Under the pieces are notes generated by a model, which worked only from the letters and a program-made list of their open reading frames with translations, was not told the origin of the DNA and searched no databases. Of a stretch of DNA of 64,000 nt, positions 62,782-64,000 are shown in pieces. The stretch covers positions 128,001 through 192,000 of the forward strand of contig CAVVYZ010000009.1 of NCBI GenBank assembly GCA_963752595.1, in the 5' to 3' direction. The translations under genes and the position numbers were made by a program. The stretch is from an uncultured delta proteobacterium. GTDB taxonomy: Bacteria > Desulfobacterota > Desulfomonilia > UBA1062. The stretch's first letter is position 1; each line of letters starts with the position of its first letter.

Positions 62782-64000
62782 GTGCAAAGACATTCTTTCC
62801 GCATGATTGGGAGGATCATAGCTCTTGCCTTATGTTTCTGCGCCTGTTCCCTTCACGACGCCTGGTCAGCAGGCCCCCTCATATCGCAGGATATAACGGG
62901 GACCGCTCAATCTCTCGCCGGGTCCCAGGCCGATCAGGAAGGGCTCCGCAATGCTATCATCAAGATCGCCAAGGAAAGCATCCCTGCAGTAGTCCACATC
63001 GAAGTGACGCAGAGCGAGGTGGTGGAGAACCCTTCACTGCAATTCCAGAATGATCCCTTCTTCAGGCGCTTTTTCGATATTCCCGATACCCCGAGAAAGT
63101 TCAGGAGGGAGATGAAGGGCATCGGGACAGGCATGATCATCAATGACAAAGGCTTCATCCTCACGAATAATCACGTGGTGGCCGGAGCGACACAGATACA
63201 GGTGGCGCTGTCCGACGGGAGCGAGTATCCGGCAAAGGTGATTGGGACAGATCCGAAGACGGACCTTGCTGTGGTAAAGATCGATGCAAAGGGCACGCTT
63301 TCCTATGTGACTTTCGGCGATTCAGACAAAGTGCAGGTGGGCGAGTGGGTAGTCGCCATAGGCCAACCCCAGGGGTTGAACGAGAGTGTGTCCCAGGGCA
63401 TCATCAGCGCCCTGCACAGGCAGGGGATAATGGATCCGAACACCTACCAAGACTTTCTCCAGACCGATGCCGCCATCAATCCGGGCAACAGCGGCGGTCC
63501 GCTGATCAATCTTGACGGCAAGGTCATCGGGATCAACTCCATCATTGCTTCCCAGTCAGGCGGCTTCGAGGGGATCGGGTTCGCCATACCGAGCAATACA
63601 GCCGTCCATATCGCCAACGCCCTGATGACGACCGGCAAGGTGGTGCGGGGGTGGGTGGGGCTGACGGTCCAGGATATCACGTATCAGGAGATGAAGAAGC
63701 TCGGGCTCTCTTCGAAAAGGGGCGCTCTCGTTAGGGATGTTATGAAGGGAGGGCCTGCCGATAAGACAGGGATCAAACCGGGAGACGTGATCGCAAGCTA
63801 TGACGGGAAAGAGGTCCCGGATTCGGGCATGTTGAGAAACCTGGCTGCAAGCACCCCTGTCGGGAAGAATGTGAGCCTCGGCATCTTGCGGAACGGAAAA
63901 ACGTCGACCGTCCCGCTCAAGGTGGGGAACCTCGAAGATGCTTCCAGGATGATGGCCGCCCAGGTGAAAGACAAGCTCGGGGCCGACGTCCGGCCGGTCA
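62782..64000 (+). CDS. Do/DegQ family serine endoprotease (partial, runs off window)
   Basis: GGGAGG RBS, GTG start, signal peptide, DPFFRRFF, ILTNNHVV, TDLAVVK, QTDAAINPGNSGGPL, PDZ; absent from the ORF track because no stop lies in the window. Confidence 0.95.
   Translation, partial: MQRHSFRMIGRIIALALCFCACSLHDAWSAGPLISQDITGTAQSLAGSQADQEGLRNAIIKIAKESIPAVVHIEVTQSEVVENPSLQFQNDPFFRRFFDIPDTPRKFRREMKGIGTGMIINDKGFILTNNHVVAGATQIQVALSDGSEYPAKVIGTDPKTDLAVVKIDAKGTLSYVTFGDSDKVQVGEWVVAIGQPQGLNESVSQGIISALHRQGIMDPNTYQDFLQTDAAINPGNSGGPLINLDGKVIGINSIIASQSGGFEGIGFAIPSNTAVHIANALMTTGKVVRGWVGLTVQDITYQEMKKLGLSSKRGALVRDVMKGGPADKTGIKPGDVIASYDGKEVPDSGMLRNLAASTPVGKNVSLGILRNGKTSTVPLKVGNLEDASRMMAAQVKDKLGADVRPV

Noticed and set aside
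1-64000. CRISPR arrays, tRNA/rRNA genes, prophage or defence islands
   Set aside because: No regularly spaced repeats, cloverleaf patterns, integrases or phage and defence genes were seen

Overview
Chromosomal region (about 52-55% GC by eye) of an anaerobic deltaproteobacterium-like organism (Desulfobacterota/Syntrophales-like, inferred from gene content). It carries housekeeping blocks (leuS-lptE-holA, rpsT, recD2, recJ, udg-coaBC, murJ, rnz, arfB, queG), a siroheme/alternative heme operon (sirC-ccsA-hemA-hemC-cobA/hemD-ahbC), mgtA and a DegQ protease running off the right end. Most interesting items: (1) a secreted DUF1573-type gene hidden from the ORF track, with an in-frame UGA in a Cys-Sec pair followed by a bacterial SECIS-like hairpin (probable selenoprotein); (2) an operon without mglB encoding TPR protein, MglA GTPase with Ser21 and a C-terminal extension, membrane TPR/Zn-finger protein and DUF4388 protein; (3) a GAF-GGDEF-HD-GYP protein with both catalytic sites degenerate but an intact RxxD I-site; (4) a Cys-less CheD coupled through a 55-aa micro-ORF to a Zn-ribbon-HDOD protein; (5) a decaying patch with an IS3 remnant, an mprF pseudogene and a truncated HlyD. 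Genes at about 18.2-28.6 kb carry many single-base frameshifts that look like sequencing indel errors, so coordinates there are approximate. No tRNA, rRNA or CRISPR array was seen.
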